Shown here piece after piece: positions 9,615-18,735 of a stretch of 64,000 nucleotides of DNA (position 1 is its first letter; each line of letters opens with the position of its first letter). The position numbers and the translations under genes are program-made. Source of the stretch: an uncultured Alphaproteobacteria bacterium (lineage in GTDB: Bacteria; Pseudomonadota; Alphaproteobacteria; Micavibrionales; Micavibrionaceae); the NCBI GenBank assembly GCA_963799275.1, contig CAWCWJ010000001.1, positions 197,071 to 261,070 on the forward strand, written 5' to 3'. Below the pieces are notes generated by a model. The model did no database searches and was not told the origin of the DNA. It saw only the letters and a program-made list of their open reading frames with translations.

Positions 9615-11273
9615 ATGAGATACCGCCTTATCCTTTATTTTTTAACGATTTCTTTTGTGATGATAATATCATCTAACGCGCATGCCTGCATCAACCCTGC
9701 GGGATCAGCGGGTGAGTCAATTTACAATAAAGATTACAGCGTAATGCAATATTGCGACGGCACCAATTGGGTCGGGATGAGCGATGTTGAAACAGGGCTA
9801 GTCGGTCATTGGCGACTAGATGAAACCAGCGGCACAACTGTAGTTGACAGTTCAAAAAATTCTTATACAGGTACAATGATAAATGGTTTAGATGCCGCCA
9901 ACAGCAATATAACTGGCCCTATTAATACAGCCCTTAGTTTTGATGGAATAGATGATCAAATTTCTGTATTTGATGGATGGTTACATTTTGAAAAAAATTT
10001 TACTGTTAGTTTTTGGATTTACATTAAAGATCCAGGAGCCAGAACAATGGATATATTGGGCACCTATACGGGATCAGGCGGAAATAATTTACATTTTGGT
10101 GTAAATGGGCACTTCGAAAGAATTTATTTAAGTATGCATGGTGGTTTTGGGATACAACATCAAGATACAAACGAGCTTTATAATCAATGGCATCATTTTG
10201 TATTTACCCGAAATGTAAATGGAAATTTAGAAATTTTTAAAAATGGTGTGTCTGTATCAAATAATAGTGCGGGCCCTATCGGTTCATTCATATTAAGCAA
10301 CAATGATAACTTAAATTTCGGGAAGGGCGGCACAGGCAATGTAATATTTAATGGTGGTTTAGATGAAATTCGTATCTATGATCGTATCCTCTCCCCCGCT
10401 GAAATTTCCGCCTTGTATGAATCAGGCCGCGACCGTGGATTGGTTGGCCATTATAAAATGGATGAAACCTCAGGATTGACAGTATTTGACAGTACGGTTT
10501 ATGGTAATAATGGAACAATATTAGGCGGTTCAACAGGTATTTCTTATAGCAATCCATCCCCTACTGGAACAGCAATTGATTTTCCTAATACACCTTCTGA
10601 TAATAGTGGTCGTCGTGTAGAGATACCAAATATTTTCCCTACTGGTCCTTCCTCTCCCTTTACAATTTCAAGTTGGATTAAAAGAGAAGGTTCCTCGCAA
10701 AGCCTTTTTACTAATGGAACTCAATCTACAAAACAATTTTTGATTTTCAGAAATATTAGAATTAGAGATCTTTCTGGTTGGTATGATAGATCCTCAAGTG
10801 CAACTAAAATAAATGATCAGTGGGATCATATTTCTATTGTTTATGATGGGGCTAATATTAAAATTTATAATAGTGGTTTGTTATCTGATAGTCGTTCTCG
10901 AACATTAAATTTAACTGAAACAACATTTCTATTTGGTAGTACAGGCGGTGCATTTGGAGAAGGTGGTGCTGATTTTGATGATGTACGACTATATAATCGT
11001 GCACTTTCTGATGATGAAATCCAATCAATTTATCAACAACGTTTCAAAAGCTGTACTTCCCCCGATGGGCACGAAGGGGACACAATTTATAATAATACCA
11101 ATAATGTAATGCAGTATTGTAATGGAACATTTTGGGCGGCCATGGGCGCAGCGGGCGATGGCGGTGCAGGGTGCACTGGCCCCATCGGCGCAGCAGGCGA
11201 CCTAATTTATAATGACAGCTTTAATGTAATGCAATATTGCGAAGGCGACACATGGATGGCAATTGGAAAGTAA
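9615..11273 (+). CDS. secreted protein with two LamG/concanavalin-A-like lectin domains flanked by Cys-bracketed modules
   Basis: Signal peptide ending in NAHA. Two Laminin_G_3-type domains (GLVGHWRLDETSG ... LDEIRIYDRILSPAEISALY and GLVGHYKMDETSG ... FDDVRLYNRALSDDEIQSIY). Three copies of C-x2-P-x-G-x2-G-x2-IYN-x4-VMQYC-x-G-T-x-W. Confidence 0.8.
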   Translation: MRYRLILYFLTISFVMIISSNAHACINPAGSAGESIYNKDYSVMQYCDGTNWVGMSDVETGLVGHWRLDETSGTTVVDSSKNSYTGTMINGLDAANSNITGPINTALSFDGIDDQISVFDGWLHFEKNFTVSFWIYIKDPGARTMDILGTYTGSGGNNLHFGVNGHFERIYLSMHGGFGIQHQDTNELYNQWHHFVFTRNVNGNLEIFKNGVSVSNNSAGPIGSFILSNNDNLNFGKGGTGNVIFNGGLDEIRIYDRILSPAEISALYESGRDRGLVGHYKMDETSGLTVFDSTVYGNNGTILGGSTGISYSNPSPTGTAIDFPNTPSDNSGRRVEIPNIFPTGPSSPFTISSWIKREGSSQSLFTNGTQSTKQFLIFRNIRIRDLSGWYDRSSSATKINDQWDHISIVYDGANIKIYNSGLLSDSRSRTLNLTETTFLFGSTGGAFGEGGADFDDVRLYNRALSDDEIQSIYQQRFKSCTSPDGHEGDTIYNNTNNVMQYCNGTFWAAMGAAGDGGAGCTGPIGAAGDLIYNDSFNVMQYCEGDTWMAIGK

Positions 11274-11279
11274 TAAAAT

Positions 11280-13763
11280 ATGTTAAAAAACAAAAATAAC
11301 TTTAAAAGGTCTTTTACGATGTCAAAAAAAATTCAAATATTTTTATTTGCTTTCACTCTCATGTTTGGTGCGCAAAACGCACACGCCCAATGTACCAGCC
11401 CCGCATCAAATGAAGGTGGCATTGATTACAGCACAACCATCAATGACCTAATCGTTTGCGACGGCACAAATTGGCAAACCGCAGGGTACACTGGCGGTGG
11501 AAGTGGACTATTCACCGACAACACAACCCACATTACTCGCTCAGACTTTCATATCATAAATAGTGGCCAAACATCAACCACTGCTGCCCTTGATGGTGAT
11601 GGCACACGCATGTTTTATGATCCCAATAAAGGCGCATTGAGAGGGGGGTCTATAACTAGTGGTAATGATAGATGGCAAAATTCTAATATTGGTTCAGAGT
11701 CGTTCGCTTGGGGTTGGAATGTAGAGGCTAGTGGTAATAGTTCTACAGCTATAGGTCGTTCTGTGATTGCAACCGGCTTTAACTCGATGGCTTTTGGCAA
11801 CGATATACAAGTTGGAACTGGTACGGCACAAACGGTAGATACAAATGCTGGCGAGGGAAATTATTCTATTGCCTATGGTTTGGGTGATGCGTCAACATCT
11901 ACTAAACCCCGAGTAACTGGTAATGAAACAGCTGCGTTTTTCTTTGGTGATCAACAAGGTGAAAATATCACTGCAACAAATGTTCTGGCGTTAGAAGGTG
12001 GCTCACTCCTTCTCTCCAACGATTCAGGAACCGCCTGTGCAGCGAATAAACAAGGAGCCTTACGCCTTAACACAACCGCAGACGGCCTTGAAATGTGTGA
12101 TGGCGCAGGAACTTGGACATCCACCTTCACAGGTGGCGGTGCTGGCGGTGGTGCAATCGCCATTAATGATTTAACGGATGCCTATACCGATTACACCACA
12201 GATTTTAACCTGTTTATGGGTCAAAATGCTGGTAGTTCAATTGCAGCAGGCGCGGCAAATAACATTGCTATTGGTATAAATTCTGCTTCTAATCTTACTA
12301 CAGGAGGTGATAATATTGCCATAGGTAATAATGCAATGGCATCTACCACAACAGGTGGTGGTAATACAATTATTGGTCATGATTCCATGACAACTGGAAA
12401 TGGTTTTGCAAATACTGCACTCGGGGTGCGTACATTAAAATTATCAACAGGGGCTTTAAACACTGCTATTGGTGATTCAGCGTTGGAATCTTCTACAACT
12501 GCAAGTGGAAATACCGCTCTGGGCTTTCACGCAGCAAGATTAATAGATAGTGGCGCAAATGTGTCGATTGGTGTGCGAACTATGTATAAAATGACCACGG
12601 GATCAGATAATGTAGCGATTGGTGCTTATAATTTTTCAAATGCCATAACAGGTTCCGATAATACTATACTGGGAAGTCGATCTGGAAACAATCTTACATC
12701 TGGGGATGGAAATATCCTCATTGGCAAAGAAGTTCAAACGTCTACAGCTACATCTAATGAAGAATTAAATATCGGTGATTTAATCAAAGGGGATATCGGT
12801 ACAACATCAACCGACCCCCGCATCGGCGCGCCAAAATATTGTGATGAAAATCTTGCCAATTGCTTTATCGCTACGGATGTTTCGGGTGGTATCGGCAGCC
12901 GTATCCAAGATGCGGATAATGATACATATATTGATGTTGATGGTACAGGCGATGGATCAGAAAATACCATTAGAATGGGTTTTGGTGGAACAGATAGACT
13001 TGTATTAAATGGCCCTAATGCAACTTTAAGTGCACGATTATTTTTGCAAACAACAAATGGTTTTAGTGCTGTTTTTAAAGCAACATCACCAGGTTCAGGA
13101 CCATTTTTGTTATTTCAACATAGTGGAATAGATGTAGAATCAGGCATACTTGGTTTCCCGCGGGAGGCAGGTGCAGGCGATAGTGCATTTGCAGTATCAA
13201 CTGGTAATAATGGTGTTCTGGCTGAACATTTACGCGTTACATCCGATGGAGACGTTGGCATTGGGACACTAACCCCAACAGAAAGTCTGCATGTTAATGG
13301 CAATGTACTTGCTGATGCTTATTTTCATACCTCTGATAAAAATTTGAAGAATGATATAGAGCTTGTAAAAGGTCTTGATCTTATTAATAAATTGCGCGGT
13401 GTTACCTTTACTTTTAAAGAGGATAATCGTGAAAGTGCAGGAATTATCGCGCAAGATGTTCAAAAAGTACTTCCCCGCGCGGTCAAGGAAAATACAGGCG
13501 GGTTCCTAACCGTTGATTATAACCAGCTTTTTGCACCGATTATTGAAGCGATTAAAGATCTTCATAAAATGGTGATGGATTTAACAAAAAATATACAATC
13601 AATCTTTGATAAGGTAAGCGCATTAGAAAGTGAAAATGCTAATTTGAAAAATGAAGTTCATATATTAAAAAAACAAAATCAGGATATTATGAAACGTCTT
13701 GATGCGCTCGAAACATTACCGCAAACTTCATCTTCTGACATCACCGCGCAAGGCGCTACATAA
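11280..13763 (+). CDS. surface fibre protein 2 with C-terminal peptidase S74 intramolecular chaperone domain
   Basis: Sec signal (FAFTLMFGAQNAHA), a Cys module, head-type repeats and an S74 domain (SDKNLKNDIELV ... AGIIAQDVQKVLPRAV ... VDYNQLFAPIIEAIKDL), followed by a coiled coil. Several blocks are near-identical to 5371-9609. The alternative start is the ATG at 11319. Confidence 0.75.
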   Translation: MLKNKNNFKRSFTMSKKIQIFLFAFTLMFGAQNAHAQCTSPASNEGGIDYSTTINDLIVCDGTNWQTAGYTGGGSGLFTDNTTHITRSDFHIINSGQTSTTAALDGDGTRMFYDPNKGALRGGSITSGNDRWQNSNIGSESFAWGWNVEASGNSSTAIGRSVIATGFNSMAFGNDIQVGTGTAQTVDTNAGEGNYSIAYGLGDASTSTKPRVTGNETAAFFFGDQQGENITATNVLALEGGSLLLSNDSGTACAANKQGALRLNTTADGLEMCDGAGTWTSTFTGGGAGGGAIAINDLTDAYTDYTTDFNLFMGQNAGSSIAAGAANNIAIGINSASNLTTGGDNIAIGNNAMASTTTGGGNTIIGHDSMTTGNGFANTALGVRTLKLSTGALNTAIGDSALESSTTASGNTALGFHAARLIDSGANVSIGVRTMYKMTTGSDNVAIGAYNFSNAITGSDNTILGSRSGNNLTSGDGNILIGKEVQTSTATSNEELNIGDLIKGDIGTTSTDPRIGAPKYCDENLANCFIATDVSGGIGSRIQDADNDTYIDVDGTGDGSENTIRMGFGGTDRLVLNGPNATLSARLFLQTTNGFSAVFKATSPGSGPFLLFQHSGIDVESGILGFPREAGAGDSAFAVSTGNNGVLAEHLRVTSDGDVGIGTLTPTESLHVNGNVLADAYFHTSDKNLKNDIELVKGLDLINKLRGVTFTFKEDNRESAGIIAQDVQKVLPRAVKENTGGFLTVDYNQLFAPIIEAIKDLHKMVMDLTKNIQSIFDKVSALESENANLKNEVHILKKQNQDIMKRLDALETLPQTSSSDITAQGAT

Positions 13764-13782
13764 ATAAGGAAATTAAAATATC

Positions 13783-15942
13783 ATGAAATATTTTCTTCCT
13801 ATTTTATTAGTGGCGATTGTAAGCGGATCTTCTATTGCTTTGACAGCGGATAGTTATCGCGTGCCATCCAAAGGCGGACAAGTTTATATTGAGGAGCATT
13901 CGGTTTGTAAACAAGTCACCAACAATTCGCCCGATAATGATCTCTTCGTCCCCACTCGTACCCCCGCCGAATGGCATACAGGCGGCGAGTCTTTCGTCGA
14001 AAACACGCCCTCTATTGCAAATATAATAGATAATTGTAATTCTGGGACATTAAATCTAGAGGGGGTGACGAGAAATTATCTTGATGGGGCAAGCTCTGTC
14101 ACGGTGTCGGGTAATTTTGCCTATGTCGCAAGCCTTGGTACCGATAGCTTGACCATCATCGATATCTCTAACCCCGCCGCCCCCACACAAACAGGCACCA
14201 TCTCTAATGCCAATCTTGATGGTGCTTTCTCTGTCACGGTGTCGGGTAATTATGCCTATGTCGCAAGCCTTAATGCCAATAGCTTGACCATCATCAATAT
14301 CTCTAACCCCGCCGCCCCCACACAAACAGGCACCATCTCTAATGCCAATCTTGATGGGGCAAGATCTGTCACGGTGTCGGGTAATTATGCCTATGTCGCG
14401 AGCAATATTGCCGATAGCTTGACCATCATCGATATTTCTAACCCCGCCGCCCCCACACAAACAGGCACCATCTCTAATGCCAATCTTGATGGGGCAAGCT
14501 CTGTCATGGTGTCGGGTAATTTTGCCTATGTTGCAAGCTCTACTGCCGATAGCTTGACCATCATCGATATCTCTAACCCCGCCACCCCCATACAAACAGG
14601 CACCATCTCTAATGCCAATCTTGATGCGGCTTACTCTGTCACGGTGTCAGGTAATTATGCCTATGTCACAAGCTTTAATGCCGATAGCTTGACTATCATC
14701 GATATCTCTAACCCCGCCGCCCCCACACAAACAGGCACCATCTCTAATGCCAATCTTGATGGTGCTTTCTCTGTCACGGTGTCGGGTAATTATGCCTATG
14801 TCGCAAGCCTTGGTGCCGATAGCTTGACCATCATCGACATATTTAACCCCGCCGCCCCCACACAAACAGGCACCATTTCTAATGCCAATCTTAATGCGCC
14901 TTACTCTGTCACGGTGTCGGGTAATTATGCCTATGTCGCAAGCTCTACTGCCGATAGCTTGACCATCATCGATATCTCTAACCCCGCCGCCCCCACACAA
15001 ACAGGCACCATCTCTAATGTCAATCTTGATGGGGCTTACTCTGTCACGGTGTCGGGTAATTATGCCTATGTCGCAAGCCTTGTTGCCGATAGCTTGACCA
15101 TCATCGATATCTCAAACCCCGCCGCCCCCACACAAACAGGCACCATCTCTAATACCAATCTTAATGGGGCAAGATCTGTCACGGTGTCGGGTAATTTTGC
15201 CTATGTCGCAAGCGTTTATGCCGATAGCTTGACCATCATCGATATCTCTAACCCCTCCGCCCCCACACAAACAGGCACCATTTCTAATGCCAATCTTAAT
15301 GGGGCAAGCTCTGTCACGGTGTCGGGTAATTTTGCCTATGTTGCAAGCTCTACTGCCGATAGCTTGACCATCATCGATATCTCTAACCCTGCCGCCCCCA
15401 CACAAACAGGCACCATCTCTAATGCCAATTTTGATGGGGCAAGCTCTGTCACGGTGTCGGGTAATTATGCCTATGTCGCAAGCTTTAATGCCAATAGCTT
15501 GACCATCATCGATATCTCTAACCCCGCCGCCCCCACACAAACAGGCACCATCTCTAATGCCAATCTTAATGGGGCAAGATCTGTCACGGTGTCGGGTAAT
15601 TTTGCCTATGTCGCAAGCGTTAATGCCGATAGCTTGACCATCATCGATATCTCTAACCCCGCCGCCCCCATACAAACAGGCACCATCTCTAATGCCAATC
15701 TTAATGGGGCTTTCTCTGTCACGGTGTCGGGTAATTATGCCTATGTCGCAAGCTTTCTTGCCAATAGCTTGACCATCATCGATATCTCTAACCCCGCCGC
15801 CCCCACACAAACAGGCACCATCTCTAATGCCAATCTTAGTAATGCGCGCTCTGTCACGGTGTCGGGTAATTTTGCCTATGTCGCGAGCTCTACTGCCGAT
15901 AGCTTGACCATAATTAATCTCTCCTGCACGTTCGGTTGCTAA
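13783..15942 (+). CDS. secreted LVIVD-repeat beta-propeller protein (14 repeats)
   Basis: Signal peptide, then 14 copies of a 45-aa unit (SVTVSGNYAYVAS..ADSLTIIDISNPAAPTQTGTISNANLDGA) that matches the LVIVD repeat pattern. Confidence 0.85.
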   Translation: MKYFLPILLVAIVSGSSIALTADSYRVPSKGGQVYIEEHSVCKQVTNNSPDNDLFVPTRTPAEWHTGGESFVENTPSIANIIDNCNSGTLNLEGVTRNYLDGASSVTVSGNFAYVASLGTDSLTIIDISNPAAPTQTGTISNANLDGAFSVTVSGNYAYVASLNANSLTIINISNPAAPTQTGTISNANLDGARSVTVSGNYAYVASNIADSLTIIDISNPAAPTQTGTISNANLDGASSVMVSGNFAYVASSTADSLTIIDISNPATPIQTGTISNANLDAAYSVTVSGNYAYVTSFNADSLTIIDISNPAAPTQTGTISNANLDGAFSVTVSGNYAYVASLGADSLTIIDIFNPAAPTQTGTISNANLNAPYSVTVSGNYAYVASSTADSLTIIDISNPAAPTQTGTISNVNLDGAYSVTVSGNYAYVASLVADSLTIIDISNPAAPTQTGTISNTNLNGARSVTVSGNFAYVASVYADSLTIIDISNPSAPTQTGTISNANLNGASSVTVSGNFAYVASSTADSLTIIDISNPAAPTQTGTISNANFDGASSVTVSGNYAYVASFNANSLTIIDISNPAAPTQTGTISNANLNGARSVTVSGNFAYVASVNADSLTIIDISNPAAPIQTGTISNANLNGAFSVTVSGNYAYVASFLANSLTIIDISNPAAPTQTGTISNANLSNARSVTVSGNFAYVASSTADSLTIINLSCTFGC
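14080..15929 (+). repeat. tandem array, about 13.7 x 135 bp, in-frame coding repeats
   Basis: The string acggtgtcgggtaat recurs with an exact 135-nt period (14101, 14236, ...). Units are near-identical at the DNA level. Confidence 0.95.
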
Positions 15943-16640
15943 ATACCACTCTTCCATAATGCTGCATCACCTAACGCTCCAACCATTTTTTCATGGGCCT
16001 GCGCTTCATCATTGCTCACCTTAAAATTTCGTGGTTCGCGATAGGGTCTGTCCGATGGGATAATATCCAAACTAATCCTCGATGATTGACTGCCGCTTCC
16101 CTCTCCCATTGCCAAACCGCGTTGCCGACCACCCAATAACTCAAGATATACTTCGGCCAATAATTCAGAATCGAGCAACGCGCCATGTAAAGTCCGTGAT
16201 GTATTATCAATCCCAAAACGGCGGCAGAGCGCATCCAGATTGGCAGGGCTACCCGGAAATTTCTTCCGCGCCATGGGCAGGGTATCAATCACCCGCCTTG
16301 GGTCTATAGAAGGAAAGCCAAACATTTTTAATTCCGCATTTATAAATTTCATATCAAATTCGGCATTATGTGCGATTAACTTCGCCTCTGTACCGATAAA
16401 ATCAACAAAATCGCCAACCACTTCACCAAAGGTAGGCTCGTTTTTTAAGCGTTCATTATCAAGGCCATGCACCGCGACCACTTCGGCGGGGACATCGCGT
16501 TCAGGATTTATATATTGGTGATAGGTACGCCCCGTTGGCATATGATTTTCAAGCTCGATACAGCCCATTTCAACAAGGCGATGGCCTTCGAAAGGATCAA
16601 TCCCTGTTGTTTCAGTATCAAAAACAATTTCACGACCCAT
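15939..16640 (-). CDS. dnaQ: DNA polymerase III epsilon subunit (3'-5' exonuclease)
   Basis: Exo motifs VFDTETTG and HNAEFD, plus HGALLDSELLAEVY. Confidence 0.92.
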   Translation of the reverse strand: MGREIVFDTETTGIDPFEGHRLVEMGCIELENHMPTGRTYHQYINPERDVPAEVVAVHGLDNERLKNEPTFGEVVGDFVDFIGTEAKLIAHNAEFDMKFINAELKMFGFPSIDPRRVIDTLPMARKKFPGSPANLDALCRRFGIDNTSRTLHGALLDSELLAEVYLELLGGRQRGLAMGEGSGSQSSRISLDIIPSDRPYREPRNFKVSNDEAQAHEKMVGALGDAALWKSGI

Positions 16641-17339
16641 CTATAAAACGCTTTCCAACCATTCATTAAAGAATAATGTGCGTTGTTTATCTAATGTTTC
16701 CAAATTCTCTAATGTTTGCTCACGCAATAATTTTACATTCAAGCCAACCTGTTGCAATTCCGCCTGACCCAGCGCAAGCCATAATTCAATATTGGTATTT
16801 GTCACTTCAGGGTGACATTGAAACCCGAGCGCATTATCAACCATAAAGGCCTGATTTTTATATAAATCAGAAGATGCCAATAATGTTGCATCTTCTGGCA
16901 GGGAGAATGTATCGCCATGCCATTGTATCATGCGCGTTACCGATTTATCCAAATGGCGAACGGCGGTTTTCATACCTGCCTCGTTTACGTCAATATCGTG
17001 CCAACCAATCTCTTTTCCCGCCTTACCGGGGAAATTATCCGCGCCCATGGCCTTGGCCAATAATTGCCCACCCAAACAAATCCCTAAATAAGGTTTTTTT
17101 GAATCAAGACGCGTTTTGATATACTCAACTTCTTGATCCAGATAGGGGAAAATATCATTTTGATACGCACCCATTGGCCCGCCCATAAATATGGTTAAGT
17201 CGTGAAAATTAGGGTCAACATCTTCAATCCCCTCGTCAAAGGCAAGTCGAATATCAATATCCGCACCGCGTTGATGTAACAAGTTTTCAAACGCGCCTGC
17301 ATCTTGTTTTGATTTATGGCAGAGGATTAATGTTTTCAT
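16641..17339 (-). CDS. class I glutamine amidotransferase-like protein
   Basis: Nucleophile elbow YLGICLGGQ and the His/Glu pair in FQCHPE. Confidence 0.8.
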   Translation of the reverse strand: MKTLILCHKSKQDAGAFENLLHQRGADIDIRLAFDEGIEDVDPNFHDLTIFMGGPMGAYQNDIFPYLDQEVEYIKTRLDSKKPYLGICLGGQLLAKAMGADNFPGKAGKEIGWHDIDVNEAGMKTAVRHLDKSVTRMIQWHGDTFSLPEDATLLASSDLYKNQAFMVDNALGFQCHPEVTNTNIELWLALGQAELQQVGLNVKLLREQTLENLETLDKQRTLFFNEWLESVL

Positions 17340-17929
17340 CGTGTTACTCGTTTTAAAATGTTTTGAACTTGCTTCATACTATATGCTTTTCCCAATCCTG
17401 TGTGTACTACAAAATCAGCCAATGCACATTTTTGATCATTTGGCATTTGCGCTTCTAAAATTCTTTCAAATTTTTCTTGAGTCATATTTTTGCGGGCCAG
17501 AACACGTTGCGCCTGAATAAAATATGGGGCATTGACCACAATTGTGTAATCTACATTTTTTTGCGCCCCTGTTTCAAATAATAAAGGAATATCCAGCGCG
17601 CAATGGTGAACTCCCAATTTTTTATGTTTGAATATAAAATTCTTTTGCTCTTGCCGCACGATGGGATGCAAAATATGTTCTAATTTTTCGCGTTCTTTTG
17701 AATCACCAAAAATAATTTGGGATAAGACATCTTTTTTTATAACATGCTTTTTCTTATCCCACACTTTTGGGAATGTAAGCGCTACAGCTTCAAACCCTTT
17801 ACCATAGGGATCTAACGCCTTTTTCACACTTAAATCAGAATCATGAACGGGGCATCCCAATCTCATCAACATTTTTCCAACCGTAGTTTTGCCCATACCA
17901 ATTGACCCCGTTAATCCAAATATAATCAC
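17336..17929 (-). CDS. coaE: dephospho-CoA kinase
   Basis: P-loop GLTGSIGMGKTT, CoaE length, and a 4-nt overlap with its neighbours. Confidence 0.9.
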   Translation of the reverse strand: MIIFGLTGSIGMGKTTVGKMLMRLGCPVHDSDLSVKKALDPYGKGFEAVALTFPKVWDKKKHVIKKDVLSQIIFGDSKEREKLEHILHPIVRQEQKNFIFKHKKLGVHHCALDIPLLFETGAQKNVDYTIVVNAPYFIQAQRVLARKNMTQEKFERILEAQMPNDQKCALADFVVHTGLGKAYSMKQVQNILKRVTR

Positions 17930-18735
17930 GCCAAAACCTCTTTTATTAATTGATCATCTATGACTGGTATTGATCCTGACCATATTTCAAATGATTTTTG
18001 CGCCTGATAAAGCAACATGCCAATACCCGTCACTGTTTCAAATCCTTTTTCTTTTGCTTGCGCCAAAAGCGGAGTTATTAAAGGCGAATAAACAATATCA
18101 GTAACAATCGAATGTTTTTGTAAAGATGATAAATTAATTTCTAGAGAGGGGTATCCATCCATACCCAAAGATGTTGTATTAATTAAAATATTGGTATGGG
18201 GTAAGTAATTTTGATATTTATCCCACTTTAAAACTTCAATATATTGTTCATCAAATTTTTTTAAGATTTGCGCTTTTTCAATCGTACGATTGGTGATATA
18301 AATTTTACCGATTTGCTTATCCAGCAACCCTTGAATCACCGCCCTTGCCGCGCCTCCCGCCCCGATGATAAGGGCGGTTTTACCCTTAAAATCAAAATCT
18401 GAATTTTCAATAATATTTTGGGTAAAGCCAAAGGCATCAGTATTATATCCCGATAAAAAACCATTATTAATCACAATTGTATTCACTGCCCCAATATTTT
18501 TGGCGCCCTCATCAATCGCACTACAAAAATTCATAATATTTTGTTTGTGGGGGATTGTCACATTAAACCCATTATATCCTTCATTGATCAGACGTTGAAC
18601 CTCGTGTTCTAAATCATCGGCTTTAATATCAATGGCGGTATAATCACCATCAATTTGTGCATCTTCCAACCAACGATTGTGAATAATCGGGCTTTTGCTT
18701 TGTGTGATGGGATGACCAATAACGCCTAACTTCAT
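17926..18735 (-). CDS. aroE: shikimate dehydrogenase
   Basis: GVIGHPITQSKSP, NVTIPHK, GAGGAARA. Confidence 0.9.
   Translation of the reverse strand: MKLGVIGHPITQSKSPIIHNRWLEDAQIDGDYTAIDIKADDLEHEVQRLINEGYNGFNVTIPHKQNIMNFCSAIDEGAKNIGAVNTIVINNGFLSGYNTDAFGFTQNIIENSDFDFKGKTALIIGAGGAARAVIQGLLDKQIGKIYITNRTIEKAQILKKFDEQYIEVLKWDKYQNYLPHTNILINTTSLGMDGYPSLEINLSSLQKHSIVTDIVYSPLITPLLAQAKEKGFETVTGIGMLLYQAQKSFEIWSGSIPVIDDQLIKEVLA

Noticed and set aside
5433-13463. Numerous 60-130-aa ORFs in other frames or on the opposite strand inside the two fibre genes and the LamG gene
   Set aside because: They are embedded in long ORFs with clear domain content. Gly/Thr/Ala/Ser-rich repeat coding DNA has few stop codons in alternative frames.
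14080-15929. Possible CRISPR array (regular 135-bp periodicity); the same question was asked of the 36-37 bp repeats at 30621-30724
   Set aside because: No repeat-spacer structure is present. The 135-bp units are contiguous, in-frame and coding. The 37-bp units are directly abutting with no unique spacers, and there are no cas genes.
5332-15942. Interpretation of the island as a prophage, because of the tail-fibre repeats and S74 chaperone domains
   Set aside because: There is no integrase, capsid, portal, terminase, tail tube/sheath, baseplate, lysis or repressor gene, no tRNA, and no att-like repeat at the borders. All four products carry export signals rather than virion-assembly features.
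14056-15957. Three long minus-strand ORFs (179, 117 and 281 aa) rich in GGGGVRDIDDGQAIG repeats
   Set aside because: They are the antisense shadow of the 135-bp LVIVD coding repeats. The plus-strand frame gives a continuous 719-aa protein with a signal peptide and a recognisable repeat family, whereas the antisense frames are interrupted and low-complexity.
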